Assembly: GCF_004010195.1 (NCBI RefSeq)
Contig: NC_057718.1
Coordinates: forward strand, 29,021,792 to 29,074,140
Origin: Chiloscyllium plagiosum
Taxonomy: Eukaryota
Direction: 5' to 3'
DNA length: 52,349 nt
The position numbers and the translations under genes were made by a program. Below, piece after piece: positions 51,008 to 52,349 of the stretch. Every line of letters starts with the position of its first letter. The stretch's first letter is position 1. The notes beneath the pieces are model-generated. The model searched no databases. It was given only the letters and a program-made list of their open reading frames with translations, and was not told the origin of the DNA.

Positions 51008-51310
51008 GAGAAAGTGAGGACTGCAGATGCTGGAGATCAGAGCTTAAAAATGTGTTGCTGGAAAAGCGCAGCAGGTCAGGCAGCATCAAAGGAACAGGTG
51101 AATCAACGTTTCGGGCATAAGCCCTTCTTCAGGAATCTTCAGAAACATCTGTCTGTGCCACAGAATAGAGAGACCCCCAACACAATTGATCTCTTGGAAC
51201 CTGACGTACCTCTCATTGCGTTAGAGTCAGTCTCGAAACGTCGATTCTCCTGTTTCTTTGATGCTGCCTGACCTGCTGCGCTTTTCCAGCAACACATTTT
51301 CAAGCTCTGA
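51008..51310. mobile_element. Fold-back PLE pLTR mini-insertion with captured CR1 DNA in its centre
   Basis: Inverted arms of the 4884-5107 family. Direct repeat tgaatggctgctga at 50994-51007 and 51308-51321. 51140-51236 matches 49844-49940. Confidence 0.88.
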
Positions 51311-51487
51311 ATGGCTGCTGACCTGCATACTCTATTTCACAACATATTTTAACAGAATGCTTTGTGTACAAAGTATTGTAATACATTTACAAACCATGTT
51401 ATAATCTAGTAATTGAAGCAAAATCAATTTTAATGAAAAGACATCAGAGGTATAACTTTAATATGGAGTATTGGTAACAAGACCTAC

Positions 51488-51601
51488 CTGAACTGTGCAG
51501 TGTGGGTTGTCTGCCACAAATTCAACATATTTCTGCAGGTTTCAAGAGCTTCCTCTGGTCCTGTATGAACTGCTTCAAGTTTGACTTTAGTGAAAAATAA
51601 A
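51488..51601 (-). CDS. TTC7A: TTC7A coding exon (114 bp; about human exon 16)
   Basis: On the minus strand, a long polypyrimidine tract ends in ctag|TTTATT and the exon ends TTCAG|gtaggt. Translates [37 protein letters not shown](S), matching recalled human TTC7A [31 protein letters not shown] better than TTC7B. Phase 2 at both ends. Confidence 0.95.
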
Positions 51602-52168
51602 CTAGAGAGAAAGAGCGAGACAAAGAGAGAAAGTCAAAGAAAAGTATGGAATTTTTAAATCGAATGTATCATCACCAACCATGTTTTTGTAATCAACCAA
51701 AGTCTGGGAGAACAGAAAAATACTGGAGACATATTTTTCCTTTTAAATTATGTCCAAGCAGAAAGAGGTGATACAGTGAGTTAGGTGCTGTCTATCTTTC
51801 AGAACAGAGTTCAAATCCTGCTCAAACTGCCATAATAAAATTCCCCTCTTTTATTTGCAAAATGATTGGACAAGGCATGAGCATACAGCTTCAAGTCATT
51901 AGCATCACACACAGCTTTATTCATTTAGATTATCTCATGATATCCCAAATTTTAGCCTAACCAAGACAAGTAACTCCTGGTTGAGATTGCAGTGATTCCT
52001 GTGTGAAATGTAATAATAGTCCATAGAATTAACACAACACATGCGCACACAAATGAATATCTCATTTAAACAAAGTATCACAACAGATATCAGGTCAAGA
52101 AAGTGTCAAAACATTTTAATCTGTACATAGTAAGCTGGAAAAGGTTTTTTTCACAAGATTGGAATACC

Positions 52169-52349
52169 CAAAGTTTGTGCGAAGATTTGTAGCTCGGGTG
52201 CTTGTTGCTGTGGTTCTGTTCGCCGAGCTGGAAGTTTTTGTTGCAAACGTTTCGTCCCCTGGCTAGGCGACATCATCAGTGCTTGGGAGCCTCCTGCGAA
52301 GCCCTTCTTTGATGTTTCCTCCGGTGTTTATAGTGGTCTGTCCCTGCCG
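52169..52349 (-). mobile_element. Third-family Penelope-like element 3' end (runs off the window)
   Basis: CpG-rich, young-looking sequence with a hammerhead motif and a downstream agctcgg/ccgagct hairpin. Confidence 0.7.
52243..52282 (-). ncRNA. Minimal type I hammerhead ribozyme motif
   Basis: GCA-CTGATGA-T-GTCGCCT-AGCC-AGGGGAC-GAA-ACGT-T-TGC: intact core, stem I GCA/TGC, stem II with one G-G mismatch, palindromic stem III ACGT. Confidence 0.78.

Noticed and set aside
18085..51601. Assignment to TTC7B
   Set aside because: Diagnostic motifs (FTKVKLE, GPEEAL, AMSE, LEQIWLQA, FCIQEA, MRGRL) follow TTC7A rather than TTC7B as I recall them. Reciprocal BLAST and synteny would confirm.

Overview
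Eukaryotic intronic DNA from a cartilaginous fish (inferred from HE1-type SINEs and shark-type CR1 LINEs; an orectolobiform shark is a guess). The only host gene is on the minus strand: four consecutive GT-AG coding exons (51488-51601, 41957-42087, 29599-29733, 18085-18287). They splice in frame to give about 194 aa of the C-terminal TPR region of TTC7A. I did not find the terminal exon, so it probably lies left of the window. Much of the rest is retroelement-derived: two long decayed CR1 LINEs, many CR1 fragments, L2/RTE relics, HE1 and Deu-type SINEs, Tc1/mariner-type MITEs, a probable solo LTR and Penelope-like element (PLE) pieces. Most ORFs in the supplied track are repeat-derived or spurious. 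Three signals stand out. (i) Minimal hammerhead-ribozyme motifs with palindromic stem III occur in at least three different PLE-type families. (ii) Several fold-back PLE mini-insertions have 14-16 bp target duplications and inversion points at the hammerhead. (iii) There is a recurring set of 42-106 bp insertions copied from DNA 0.5-1.7 kb away, one of them inside a PLE palindrome. Repeat family names come from motif recognition, not database searches, and boundaries of decayed repeats are approximate.
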